Assembly (NCBI GenBank): GCA_002269645.1 | Contig: NIVC01001901.1 | Span: 1 to 64,000 of the forward strand | Direction: 5' to 3' | Origin: Macrostomum lignano | Taxonomy: Eukaryota | Length of the DNA: 64,000 nt | Shown here: in pieces, positions 37,719 to 51,700 of the stretch | Layout of the letters: every line of letters begins with the position of its first letter | Position numbering within the stretch: position 1 is the stretch's first letter | Notes under the pieces: generated by a model | What the model saw: the letters and a program-made list of their open reading frames with translations, nothing else | Database searches by the model: none | Told to the model about the DNA's origin: nothing | Translations under genes and position numbers: made by a program

Positions 37719-39749
37719 GACTCTCAAAAAAAGTTGAGCCGTTTTTTCTGAAATCTATCGCATTCCTACCCACATACAGACAACTCATTTTTAGTATATA
37801 GGATTAGCAATGTTTGTTCAATTAAATGACTAACTAAAAAAGTCCCCGCGCGGCCAATAAAATTGATTTTCGCCGATTCATTCCCCAATCCGCGCGGGAG
37901 TTTCGGTCTGGTTTTCGTATGCGCACCAACACGCCCTGGGCTCCATAGTGGCCTGAATGGGGAAAAGGCCAAACTGCTACTAAGACGAAGGAGCAGGAGA
38001 TGGGGGGGATTAAGTGGGACAGAAGAACACAGCTAAGGGGAAGAGAATTTCGGATAGAAAGAACTGGGAGAGACAGAAAAAAGCAGAGGCTCGCAAGCCA
38101 GTGTGCGGTCCGGGTGGGTGCGCAATGAAAGCCTGTTTTCGGACATATAATCAGGTCAAAAGTGCCGCCTGGGACTACGCCTACACCGCCGACTTTTCTC
38201 CCTCTCTCCGTCTCTGTCTCCCTCTATCGCACACTTCCATCCTCTCAGATTTGCCGCCTTCAGTTCTCTGTCTCTCAATAACTTTCTCTCTAACACTGTG
38301 TTTCTTGCTTGAGTTGTCATTTTAAAGAATCTTTCCTTTTGCTGTAGGCAGAGATAGGGAGAGAGAGAGAGAGAGAGAGAGAGACAGAAGGCGAGGGAGC
38401 GGCGCGTTGTGCGTCGTTTCACCATTCGAAATTCGAAGTCCAAGCCAATTTTGAGACAGGCTGAGCCGCTCTCAGCCTACGTTTTGTTTCTTCGGTTTCA
38501 TTTTTTATTAAAAAACTTTCTGCTGACCTCTCAGTCAGCCTAGCGGCAGTATCGAGTGCTGGTGAGTTGATTATATTGTGCGAACTTTGCTCTGTTCATT
38601 ATTGAGGCCGGTATGCACTGGTGCAGCATCTGTAGTGGATACGCGATCGTTCCCGAATTCGGTCCACCTGAACTGCTGCGTCATCCTCTGCCCAGGTTAG
38701 AAAATCTTCCTCAGCATCCCCATTCGCCCGGCTGTGAGCGACAAGTTCAGCTGTACACTGAAGTCCTCTCTTGACTACGCCATCGCCAACCCCATGCCTT
38801 CAATACTTGCTAGTCTTCTGCCACCGCCATTGCAGAATAAGGGGGGGATATTTAAGAGCAGTATCGTGTGGTTTGGGGGGATACAGCGACAGTAGTATCG
38901 TAGTCAAACTAGTAGTAATTGCAATATGTTATAATGCAAAACTACAACTGTCTGGGTCCAGCGAATAATGCTGAGGGTTCGGAAATGTAAAGATTTTCTA
39001 TGAGAGACGGAGATACGAGAGGGTAGGAAGATGGGGCCGCAGCAGCCAGGCAGCTTGCACGCTGATCAATAATCCCCTTACACGGGGAAGAAGATCCTCT
39101 CCGTGCTGGCAGTCCCGCCCCACAGCCACGGCAGTCTGAATCACCGTTCATCGGGTCTCCACCCCCCCCCCCCAAATCCCATCTGCGCAGCGCTTTCAGG
39201 CTGTCAAAAGCCCAAAAAAGGTGGGCAGCGAGCGAAGGTGCCGCTTGCTGTTTCCCTCTGCCCATTCTACCCCCGAGGAGGCTGGAATCCGCTCCATCCT
39301 TCCTCCGAAGGGCAATCCGCCTACGAAAGCCAAGGATGTGCTGGGCGAACCCAAAGAAAGTCAGCCAATCCAAACAGTTCGCGCTCAGTTAACGGCGCCA
39401 TGTTCACCGGGGGCGCAGCCGTTCTGCTTTTAAATTCGTCCAGATGGACAGCCGTCTCCTTTAAATACAACTTCTAGTCCCATCTCCGCCTTACTCTGCT
39501 TTCTTCCCATTTTGGCAGCCGAGGAGCGACGCTCCCCTTTCACCCCCCCCCCCAATTCTCCCTGACGCACGTCTTAATTCATCTGTCTTGGAAAGTTTTT
39601 GACTTTTCACGAATCGATTTCACTGATCGAAATCAACTGCGTGCATCCTGCAGCGACGGAGCCACCGAATTCGGGCGGCAATCTTCGCCGCCAGTCACTG
39701 CAGCAGGCAGCGGGGCTTCTAGGGTGCTGTTGAAATACCGGAGACGGCA

Positions 39750-42700
39750 ATGTCCAGCACTCAGCAGCAGCAACAACTGGAGCAGAAGGAAGAGGCTCCG
39801 CAGCCGACGCCGCAGCAGCAAACTGTTTCGGTAGCGGGCAAAAAGTCCGGCAAGGAGGGCGGCGGGCCGAAAGAGTGCCCGGGATTCGAGTCGCAGACTT
39901 GGCGGAGGAACGTCTGCAAGAATTGCTTCCGGATGAAGTCGCAGCACCCGGCTGGCAGCGCGTCAGGCGTCGGAGTGGCGGGCGGCGGCGGCGGCGGTGG
40001 CGGCGGCGGCAGCAGCGGAGCGCAGACGTCAGCAGCCGAGTCGCCTCCATCGGCTGCCTTTCGGAAACTGTCTGGCGGAGCCTCCGGCGGTGGTGGCAGC
40101 GGCGCTTCCGGCTCGCCGAGATCGTCGCGGAAGGCCACCGGCCTGGAGCGGACGCCATCAGGCAAGTCGCTGAGCTCTTCGCCGTCTGGGTCGCGGCGGA
40201 CCACGCCGGAGTCGAAGCGGAAGGACTATAAAGACGAGAGAGAGGGCGGCAGGAGCTTTGGCTATGAGGGTGAGCTCAGACTCCGCTTTCTCTCGTGTAA
40301 CATTTTTTAATAAAAACACTAAATTTCCTGCTTTCCTGTCGTTCAGGCTCAAGCAGATCCCGTTCAGCAAGCAAGGAGAGCCTCCGCTCCGCCACTGGAC
40401 GCAGCTACGGCGGAGGCAGCGGCGCCGGCGGCGGCAGTGGCGCCGGCGGGTCCAGCTTCGACGAGAAGTACGTCGAAGATCTGGAGAACGACCTGTTCGA
40501 CATGGAAGACAAGTACGAGACGTTGTGCCGCGAGAAGACCCAGCTGGAGACGCAGATGGAGGAGAGGCTGGGTGACATTGAAGACCTCGAGGCCGAGCTG
40601 GAGAGCTGCCGGGCCAAAATTTCCGGTTTAGAGAAGCGAGTAGCGCAGCTGGAGCAGGAGATCAAGAGCTACCGGGAGCGTCTCAAGCTGCCCGAGTCCG
40701 ACCAGAGCGGCCACCAGGAGGCGCCGACAACCACGGCGACCACTTCGGGGCAGGACGCCAGCGAGAGTCGAGCCCAGGAGCTCGAAGATCTCTGCCAAGA
40801 GCTCATGGAGGAGAATGACCAGCTAAAAGAAGAAGTCGAAGAGCTGCAAAAGGAGCTGAGCGAGATGCACGACTCGTTTCAAGACGAGGACAGCCAGGCC
40901 AACACTGTGAGAGAGCTTCAGCGGGAGCTGGACGCGGCCAACAAGAGCTACCGGGTGATCCAGTTCAAGCTGCGCAAAGCTGAGCGCCGCTTCGACCAAT
41001 GCGAGGCCGAGCGGGCCGACTTGGAGGACAAGTTCCGGCGGCTCGGCGAGCGGATGCTCTCCGGAGACGAGAGCGTGCAGGCGAGTGGCAGGGCTTGGGG
41101 AGCGGGAGTGGCTGAGGAGGGAGAAATGAGTTTTCTCTGCAGGACTGTGACTGACCTGCAGGACTGTGACTGACCTGCAGGACTGTGTGTGCTGTTGTGA
41201 CTGAGCTGCAGGACTGTGTGTGCTGTTGTGACTGAGCTGCAGGACTGTGTGTGCTGTTGTGACTGAGCTGCAGGACTGTGTGTGCTGTTGTGACTGAGCT
41301 GCAGGACTGTGTGTGCTGTTGTGACTGAGCTAACCCAAATAGACTCTGAGCCAGTGTCTACGAGCGTACAACCATCTGTCTAGCATCACAAAAGGAGTTT
41401 TCCGCGTAAAAAATCGTGACACAAAGTTTCTCGACAAAGTCTGCTTGGCTTTAGTGAACCAGTTCGAGTTTTTTCAGATGCGGCAGTGCTATCGGAGCTA
41501 CAAGGGCACGCAATTGCTGATAAGAAGCAGACCCCGGTTCCGTTCTGGATCGTGTGAATTGGCGAATCCAAAACAGAAACAAGTGAACTATTCAATATAA
41601 AGCTGTAGGACCAGAGACGGTTTCCACGTTCCCAGTTTCCATTATTTTGGGTTTTGGGTTTTGGGTTTAAAATAGATTCGTTATGGGGCACCCAAGCCAC
41701 AGACTTGGGAGTGAAAAACTGCCAGCCACAGGGCAGAGGAGGCCAGCGAAGAGAGGGAACTGTGACAGCTGTTTGTTGGCCCACGCGGGAGGCCAGATTT
41801 CCGACTGGGGGGAGCAAAGTCGGTTTCTCCTCTAATTGATGGAGAGCGAAAGATGCTGAAAGACTGAGAGAGAGAAATACAGACAGGAAAGAAAAGGTGC
41901 CCCCGCTCTCAGAAAGAAGAGGGCGTTCCTTCGTGTGGGCGAATTGTGACAAATTACAGGACCAGATCTTCCGTCTTGCCGCATGAGATTGGCCAAATTT
42001 GTCAAATTTTTCCTCTCGCCCTCCATCTGCTCGCCTGCTTGCGAGACTTTTTTCTGAGCTTTTTCCTTTTCACTTGTTTTAGGGAGAGATTTAGCCTTTG
42101 TAGCGTCAGGAAATTGCGCTGCAATTTAAACTGGGATGCATCTTTTCTATTGTACTCGTAAAATCTATTACCAACATCGGAAGTTTTCTTTGATTTTGAA
42201 GCAAACTATCCCTAGTCTCTTGTAGGAGACCTTTACTTTTCTATCCTCTATATGGAGAGGAATGTCATTCATTTCTAGATATTTAGATCTATGTCGTGTT
42301 TTTCTGGGAATCCTAGTCAGAGCCAAAAGAAAATAACCTAAAATCCGGAACCATATCGGTGTGTGTGCCTGCGAATTGGTGAGCGTGTGTACATATCGGT
42401 GTGCGTGTGTACATATCGGTAAGCGTGTGTACATATCGGTGTGCGTGTCTACATATCCGTGTGCGTGTGTACATATCGGTGAGCGTGTGTACATATCGGT
42501 GAGCGTGTGTACATATCGGTGAGCATGTGTACATATCGGTGAGCGTGTGTACATATCGGTGAGCGTGTGTACATATCGGTGAGCGTGTGTACATATCGGT
42601 GAGCGTGTGTACATATCGGTGAGCGTGTGTACATATTGGTGAGCATGTGTACATATCGGTGAGCGTGTGTACATATCCGTACATTGCTTGCCTCCTGCTG

Positions 42701-45700
42701 CAGGGCCCAAGAATCTCTGCGAAAACTCAAAATTTAATAATCACCGCCATCGTCTCCCTCGCCCCTTCCGCCAGATTCAAGAGCTCGAGGACGAGCTGCG
42801 CATGGCCAAGGAGGTGTCCGTGCGACTCCACGACGAGCTGGAGTTCATTGAGGAGAAGCGATCCCGGCTGGAGAATGAAAATCAGAAATTGAAATTTGAA
42901 CTGGAGTCGTCGGAGCGGGAGCGAATCCGATTGGAGAACGAAATCGACAGGGCCAGGCTGGAGGTGAGGCTCGTCCTAGGTCACGTGATTGCCTGACAGC
43001 CAATCAGAATCGAGGCAGATCGAACGTGATACGGAGGGCTAAGAGGGTGCAGCTCGCACGTGGGGGGAGGATTTAATAGAAAGTAAAGGACAACTTAATT
43101 AATTAATAGTGTAGCTTTGAATGGCTCACATAGAGTCAGAATGAAATTCACTGCAAGGATATTTTAGGGGTACACTCTCTCTGAATCTGAAACGCGATTT
43201 GCACTTGCGACTACTGAAGTTTCAAACAGTACACTGAGTAACCTCATAATAGACTAACCTCATTTTTGTTGCTAACGAAGTCATTTCGCATGCTGTAAAC
43301 TTGCTTATAAAACCAAACTTATCTGAAATTCAATTGTGCTCAAGTCCGGTCTGAGAAGCTCTGACTTTGCTCAAAGAGTTGGAATTGCCGAATAGTCGTC
43401 CGAAGCACCCTCGATTCGACTGTTTTTTGGGCTTGCAATTAGCGCCAATGAGGCGCGCAAACTCCAAGGCCAAGAGAGCTGTATTTGCCTGAAGATGAGA
43501 ATTCGGGGCTGCTGTACACTCTGTGTGAGTGCGTGCTGAGGGGTCAGCGGGGACCGTAGCCCTGACGCGGGTCTGACGCGGTGCCAGCGGCCCAGGCTCG
43601 ATTCCAAGTGCAGTCGCATTAATTTGGGGCTGAATTGGAATCTCGGCTTGGCTCTGCTCGTGCAATTAACGGTCTTGAGGGCCAACCCCCAAGGCGCAGT
43701 GAAGTGTACAATCGATAAATAAAGTTAGGGGCCGCTGTGCACTCCTGTGTGAGTGTGGGGCTGTGCGTATGACTGACTTTGTACGCATCCGCGCGCTTGT
43801 GTGCCTGCTCAGGGGAGTCGGCGGAATAGGCAGCAATGCCTCTCGCCGGTTGTGTGACAATGTCGCTTAAAGTGCGCCAGGGTGCACACAGCCCTCTTGA
43901 CTCCAAAAAAAAATAAAAGGAGGGTTAAGCTGGCCTTCTGCTGCTTTGATTTGTGACCAAGCCGCCTGTGCACAAACTCAACTTTATTTCAAAATCAAAA
44001 TACAAAATTTACAGCTCGACAAAGTGAGATCGGACGCGGGACTGTCAGACTCCGGGCCTCTCCAGGTGGTGGACAAGTCCAGTCCGAGGGTGAGTCGGAT
44101 TCGAGCATTTCTGGCCGGAGAATATTAGGGAAATAATAATTTTTGCTTCGCTGATTCCGCAGCCACGCCTTGGCACGGTGGTGTCGCGCGAGTCCTCAAT
44201 CGAGGAGGACCACCTGAAGCGCGAGCTCACGGCAACCAAGGAGCGCGAGACCGACCTGGTCGAGCAGCTGCGCTTCTCCAAGGAGGAGGCAAAAATTCTC
44301 AAACGGAAACTCGAAGAGGCTGAAGAGGAGAACGAGGGACTCACGGCCAAGCTGCACAAGATTGGCGGCGGCGGCAGCGGCGGGGGCGGTGGAGGCGGAG
44401 GCGGCAGCGGTTCCGGCAGCGGGGGCGGCGCAGGCGAAGGCGGCAGCGGAGGCAGCGGCGGCGGCCGAGGTCGCTACGGCAGCGACGAAAGCGTTGAGGC
44501 GGAGCTCGACGAACAGCTGGAACGGGAGGCGGCGGGACTGCGGCGCAAGATGGCCGAACTGGAGAGGGAGAATCGCGCGCTGCGGCGGGATGTCAACGAG
44601 CTGGAGGGCAGGCTGGAAGAGGGCGGCGAAGGCCACCAGCCTGCCCATGGCGAGCTCAGACAAAAGGCAGTGTATAAGTACAGTGAGTACTTCTATCTCG
44701 CAATCTCGGATATAGACGGGATAATTAGGTTTATTCTTACATACAAGAGTACACTTTCAATTGACGATCATTAAAGTACACGTAGACCTAACGAAGACAC
44801 ACGTCACACACTCATAAAAGTACACGTAGACCTAACAGAGACGCACACATTCATAAAAGTACACGTAGACCTAACGGAGACACACACATTCATAAATAAA
44901 AGTACACATACGCTCGTAAAATGAACTATCATAAAAGTACACGTAGACCTAACGAAGACACACATTCATTAAAGTAAACGTAGACATAACGAAGACACAT
45001 TTATAAAAGTACACCTACAATGAACTATCATTAAAAGTACACTTAAACCTTACGAAGACATTACATAAAAGTACACTTGCACTTTTTATTCCTAGATTTT
45101 TACTCCTGTTTGCTAGCTAACCAACATCAGAAACATCAAAAGCAAAATTCATGAACCCATGCGACTGCAGATTCGCCGGAGGCGCAGAGCCTGCTCTCCG
45201 AGATCGACAGGGACCTCGAAGACATGAAAACCAAAGTGACAGCCGCTGCACAGCTGGGCGCCGAAGACTTCGCCCTGCAGGAGAAATGGATCGAAGCCAG
45301 CGAAGCCAAGAAGCAGCTCGATCTGAAGGTTACCGAGCTGCGTCGACGAGTCGGCGAACTGGAGGGCGAGAATTCCAGCCTCAAGATGGAGCTGGACAAG
45401 CTGGCCGAGAAAAATTCCAATTCTCAGGCGCAGAAGAGCTCAGTGAAGAAAAGCATTCAAGAGTTGGAGAATGCCACCAAGGCGGAGCTTATTCGCGAGG
45501 TTGGCGACCTCGAGGACGAAGTTGGTGAGTGCAGCATGTTGGATGTAGCACAGGGGTCGGCAAACTTCTCAAGGGCCAGATGAGAGAGGAGAGGAGAGTT
45601 GAGAGAGGAGAGAGAAGAGGGGAGAGACGAGGAGAGAGAGCTAAAAAGAAACATGAACATTGAGCGGTTCAAGTTTGTCGACCCCTGATGTAGTACGAGA

Positions 45701-48700
45701 CCAAAGTCCCGGGTTCGATTCTGCGATGGTACGTCTACTTCAAGTTCGGGTTGAGGCCATCGACGACCCTAAATTAGCTGGACGCAAAAGTTCGTTTCTT
45801 AGAAAATCTTTGCAGGCTGCTTCTTTACCGAAAATAGAAGCTACGGTGGGACTGGGAGCTACATTAGTAGATCACCGGTGGGACTGGGAGCTACATTAGT
45901 AGATCACCGGTGGGACTGGGAGCTACATTAGTGGATCACCGGTGGGACTGGGAGCTACATTAGTGGATCACCGGTGGGACTGGCAGCTACATTAGTGGAT
46001 CACCGGTGGGACTGGCAGCTACATTAGTGGATCACCGGTGGGACTGGCAGCTACATTAGTGTGACCCAACGCGATTCCGCAGAGGATCTTCTGCTCGTCA
46101 TCAAGAAAAGCGACTCAAACGCGGAGAGCATGCAGGCCAGACTGAAATCGTTAGAGGAGGAGCTTCAAGAGAGCCGTCGCACCTACGAAGAGGACGAAAG
46201 ATTCTTCATCGAACAGCTGGAGAAGCTGCAGAAGCAGAATGAATTGTTGGGAGATCTGCTTTCGCTGGTGACCTTACGGCGCAGGTTTATGTACGAGTAC
46301 GAAAGGTGAGCACCGAGTTCGAAATGGGAGACCACTTCGAATTGTATCAACCTGAAATTGAAACCTCACCCTCAGAATCTCACCCCTTAGAATCTTACCC
46401 ATTGGAATCTCACTCCTCAGAATCTCACCCCTTAGAATCTTACCCATTGGAATCTCACTCCTCAGAATCTCAGCCCTCGGAATTTCACTCAAAATCTCAG
46501 TCTACTCAGAATCTCACCCTCAGAATCTCACTCCTCAGAACTTTACCCTCAGAATCTCACTCCTCAGAATTTTACCCTCAGAATCTCACTCCTCAGAATT
46601 TTACCCTCAGAATCTCACTCCTCAGAATTTTACCCTCAGAATCTCACTCCTCAGAGTCTCACCCTCAGAATCTCACTCATCAGAATCTCACTCATCAGAA
46701 TCTCACTCCTCAAAATCTCACCCCTAAAACTCACTCACACCCCTCAAAATCTCACTCCTCAGAATCTCACCCTCAGAATCTCACCCTTAGAATCTCACCT
46801 CATAGAATCTCACCCCTAATAATCTCACCCCTTGGAATCTCACCCCTTTTTTTAGAGGCAGGGGGGTTGTGTGCACCCTGGCGCACTTTAAACGACATAG
46901 GCACACAACCGGCGAGAGGCATTACTGCCCATTCCGCCGACTCCCCTGAGCAGGCATACAAGCGCGCGAATACGTACGCAGGCACACACTCACACAGGAG
47001 TGTACAGCGGCCCTAATTTTATATTAACGTTAGGCATGTACACTTCACTGCGCCTTGGGGGGTTGGCTCTCAAGGCCGTTAATTGCACGAGCAGAGCCAA
47101 GCCGAGATTCCAATTCAGCCCCAAATTAATGTGACTGCACTTGGAATCGAGCCTGGGTCGCTGGCACACCAGAGCAGCTGCGCTACCGCTGGGCTACGGC
47201 CCCCCTATCTCACCCCTTAGAATCTCACCTCTTATAATTCCACCCCTCAAAATCTCACCCTTGGAATCTCACCCCTTTAGAATCTCGCCCTTCAGAATCT
47301 CACTCCTCAGAATCTCAACCTTGGAATCTCAGTTGCGTTAGAAGCAATGGGTGAGAGAGAGCAACCAAAGCAAAGCAACCTGTTGACTTTTCATTTCTGC
47401 CCCACCCTCATTCCGTCTCCAGCTCAGCTGACTCCAGCAGCAGCGATGGAGGCAAACCGGCCTTGGCAGCTGCGGACAGCGGAAAGGCGGACAGATCAAC
47501 TGACAAGGATGAAGTCTTCGCTGCTGGCGGCGAGAAGCAGCTGCAGTCGGAGGTGCAAGATGTGCACTATTGGGATGTGAGTACCAGCTGATGTGGGTTT
47601 ACAGCAGATCCTTGTTTACGAGCGAGGGGGGAGAGGGGTCAAAATTATTTGTAAAGCTTGGGACTCACAAGGACAGCGGTGGTCTTGCATCTAGGGATCA
47701 CCGGTGGGACTTGGAGCAACATTATTGGATCACCGATGGGACTGGGAGCTGGTGCGGGATCACCAGTGATACTGGGAGCTGGTGCGGGATCACCAGTGAT
47801 ACTGGGAGCTGGTGCGGGATCACCAGTGATTCTAGGAGCTAGTGAGGGATCATCAGTGACGCTGGGAGTTGGTGCGGGATCACCAGTGATACTGGGAGCT
47901 CGTGAGGGATCATCAGTGATTCTGGGAGCTGGTGCGGGATCACCAGTGATACTGGGAGCTGGTGCGGGATCACCAGTGATACTGGGAGCTGGTGCGGGAT
48001 CACCAGTGATACTGGGAGCTGGTGCGGGATCATCAGTGATTCTGGGAGCTGGTGCGGGATCACCAGTGATACTGGGAGCTGGTGCGGGATCACCAGTGAT
48101 ACTGGGAGGTGGTGCGGGATCACCAGTGATACTGGGAGCTGGTGCGGGATCACCAGTGATACTGGGAGCTGGTGCGGGATCACCAGTGATTCTGGGAGCT
48201 AGTGAGGGATCATTAGTGACGCTGGGAGTTGGTGCGGGATCACCAGTGATACTGGGAGCTGGTGCGGGATCACCAGTGATACTGGGAGCTGGTGCGGGAT
48301 CACCAGTGATTCTGGGAGCTAGTGAGGGATCATTAGTGACGCTGGGAGTTGGTGCGGGATCACCAGTGATACTGGGAGCTGGTGCGGGATCACCAGTGAT
48401 ATTAGGAGCTGGTGCGGGATCGCCAGTGATGCGGGAAGCTACATGTAGATAATCCCAATCAAATGGGAGCTGAAAGACTCAGTTTGAGTCCATCAAGAAA
48501 ATCGTGAACAGCAAGAAATCAATCGTGCATCGAGTCCAAACATTCAGCACGAAATAATTCTAGAACAAATTTCGAGAACGACTGCAAAGCCTCGAATCGC
48601 TGCTCAAGGAGGAGAGACAGCGAACTCGGCACTATCAGAGACGACTGGAGACCCTGAGCGAGGATCAGAAACGGGAGGAGAAGGACAACGAGAAGTACCG

Positions 48701-51700
48701 GGTTATCGTGAGTCTGACTATCTTGCCAAAGTACCCTGGGTCCGATTCCATGCGCAGCACGAAAATTATCGCAGGGTTGGTCACGCCCGTGAGGGCCAAT
48801 CCCCAAAATGAACACGAGGTCGCTGTACACCCAGTGTGAGTGCGTGCCTGCGGAATGTGCCTGACTGCTCGCCTCCTCGCTTCACCGCCTCTGCAGACCA
48901 ACTGATCCTTCATCGTCATTCATCGTCATCCTTCATCCTTCATTGATCCTTCGACCCCCCCTTTACCAATGCAGATCAGCGACAAGGACGCTCAGCTGAA
49001 GGAGTGCCAGACCAAGCTGGACCAGAGCCGCAAGATGTATGAAGCGTTGAAGCTCCTAGTTGACGACGCCGACTCTGGCGAAGCCGCCGGATCGAGTCGA
49101 GCCGCGTCGACGCAGAGCCGCATCGAGGACCGGTCGCGGGCGCTGGACACGCAGCGCAATGAACTGATGGAGCTGAAGAAACGACACGACCAGTTGCTGG
49201 CCAAGGTGGCCAAGATGGAGAAGGACAAATCCGCGTCAGACAAGAACTTGCACATCCTCAACGAGGAGCTTCGCCTGCGCGAGGAGCACATATTTGAGCA
49301 GGATGACACGATCCGCGGACTGCAGCGCAAGCTTCAAGAGGCTGATAGGGAATTTGAACGGCTGAAAAATGAGCTGCATCTGCTCAAGAGCCAATTTTCG
49401 AGTGAGTGCTGGCGTCCCGAGCTTGGGTTCCCACTTCACAGTGCATGATGCCCTTCTACGAGCGTAGATTCCATTAACAAAGGTTTTCACTTGCATGTTC
49501 GAGCCTGAAATACAGTCATATGACTGACTAGCTGTCTCCGATTCGTGTCGCAGATTTGAAAGAGTGCTACAGTTCAGTCGGGTGAGCAACTGCGGTGGTG
49601 GTAAGACTCGTGATACACTTAAATGCAAACTTATTTCTCTACTTTAATTGCTTACTATGGTTTATGCAAGCTTTATTTATTTTTTACACCTGACTTATTT
49701 GTGGTCCATGGAACCAAATTTTTATCCTTGTGTCCTCTAGCTATCTCGTGGCAGCCGTCACGTTTCCTAAATTCCTTATCGTCAGTCTTATGATTAGTAG
49801 TTGTTTTTTATCGCGCGCTCTGTGCACTTTTGCACTGCAGGCGAGCAATTAATTCTGTCGTCTCATTTATACGAGCTAATTGTTTAAAACTGATTCCTCA
49901 ATTTACTGTTTTAATGTTGTAACAACCTTGTAACCTTAAATTATGCAATCAACCGAGAGTTATTTATGATTAACAACAAAATTAGGCAGCTTAACAACCA
50001 CTTAGCCCGCATTCGATTGCAGGCGTGCGGGAGAAGAACACGGAGAGCGCCAGACTAAAGGAGGAGCTGCACCGCAGCATCACCTCGGCGACGGACAAGG
50101 AGCGTCAGCTGGCAGAGCTGCGCGACCAGCTGGCCGAGCGCAAGGTGGAGCTGTCAGAGGCGGACGAGCGCCTTCGCGGCTACCAGGAGGCGGTGCGCAA
50201 CCGGGACGACCGGATCCGGGAAAAGGACGAGCTGATCGGCCTAATCAACACCAGGCTGGCCAACCGGGAACGCGAGATCTCCGACCTGGACGGAGTTCTG
50301 AAGCAAGCCAATCAGAAGCTCACAACAGCCGAGACGGAGCTGACGACGCTTCGTCAGCAGCTGGCGGAGCAGGAGAAGGAGGGCCGCAGCCTGCGCTGCC
50401 AGCTCGAGGAGGCCGAGGCCAGCCGCGACTGGCAGGCGGACGAGGCGGCGCAGCTGCGGCAGCGCAGCGAGCAGGCGGGGCGGAGCGCCGAGCAGGCCAG
50501 GGAGGAGGCGCAGCGGCGTTGCGCGGAGCTGCGCCAAGAGCGAGACGAGGCCAGGCGGGAGCTGGAATCGGCCAGGCGGGATCTGACTCTGCTGGCGGGC
50601 GGATCGGGCAACAACGGCAGCAGGCAGCGGACGGCCGCGGGGGACAGCGGCTTCCAGTCCGTGAGCTCGCCCGCCAGCCTGTTGGAGAGGGTAAGCAATT
50701 GAGTTCGAATTTCCAGGTGTTTGCGCTCTGCTCACAAAATCTAATTTCCCTGACATACAGGACACAGACACCCCGGTGCCCATGGATATTCAAGTTCGTC
50801 TGAAGCACCTGGAACAGGTGGAGAAGATCTACTTGCAGCTGACGCATCAGCAAATCACGCTGAAGCTGCAGGTTGAGGCCTACCAGCGCGAGGTTGAAGA
50901 ATTTCGCGAGCTGTACTACAGCACAAAGGAGCGTCTGAAGAATGACAGAGACTGCTGGGCACGCGAGAAGGACGCCCTGCAGCGGGCTTTGCATCGGGTT
51001 TGTGCCGCGTCTGAGAAGATAACTAGGAGGATATTTACACCTGCAACATAGCCAGTACCTTTTGTAGACAAGCTATATCTGTTTCTATAGTAGAAAGGGG
51101 AGAAGATGAGCTGCTCAGTGGTGACACTCTGGATTCCCTCGGGTTCGCCACATTAATTTAATGGATTCATGCTCTTTAGGTTCATTTAGGGCCGGTCCGC
51201 AAGGTATAAAGTATCCACATTTCTGACCATATGAGAAAGTCAGGTTGACTGTACCTGCATCGCCCTGATTTGCAACACTGCCAATAAAGCCCCCCCCCCC
51301 TGCAGACTAACTGAATTAGTAGGTAGACCCCAGGGTGTATTGATCTAACCAGCCTTTGTTACTCTTGGCAGATATATTAATAACACTCTCGCTCCAATCT
51401 CGGCTCCTTCCAGTCTGAGAAGTCCGGCACAAGCAAGGAACCGCAGGCGCAGGAGCTGTACGCGTCGCTTCTTGAACGAGACCGCAGTCTGGTTCAGCTT
51501 CAGCAGCAGCTCTCCAAGCAGACTCTGGACCACGACGAGGAGCTGTCCCGACTGCAGTTGGAGAATCTGGAGCTAAAATCCAAAGCCGGTGGTTTCGTTG
51601 AGGAGAAGAAAATTCCCAAAGTGTTGCAGCGCTTTGCGGGCAGCAAGAAGGCGCCTCCGATTGTTGCCGGGGCTGGAGACGCCGCGTTTGAAGCCGAGCG

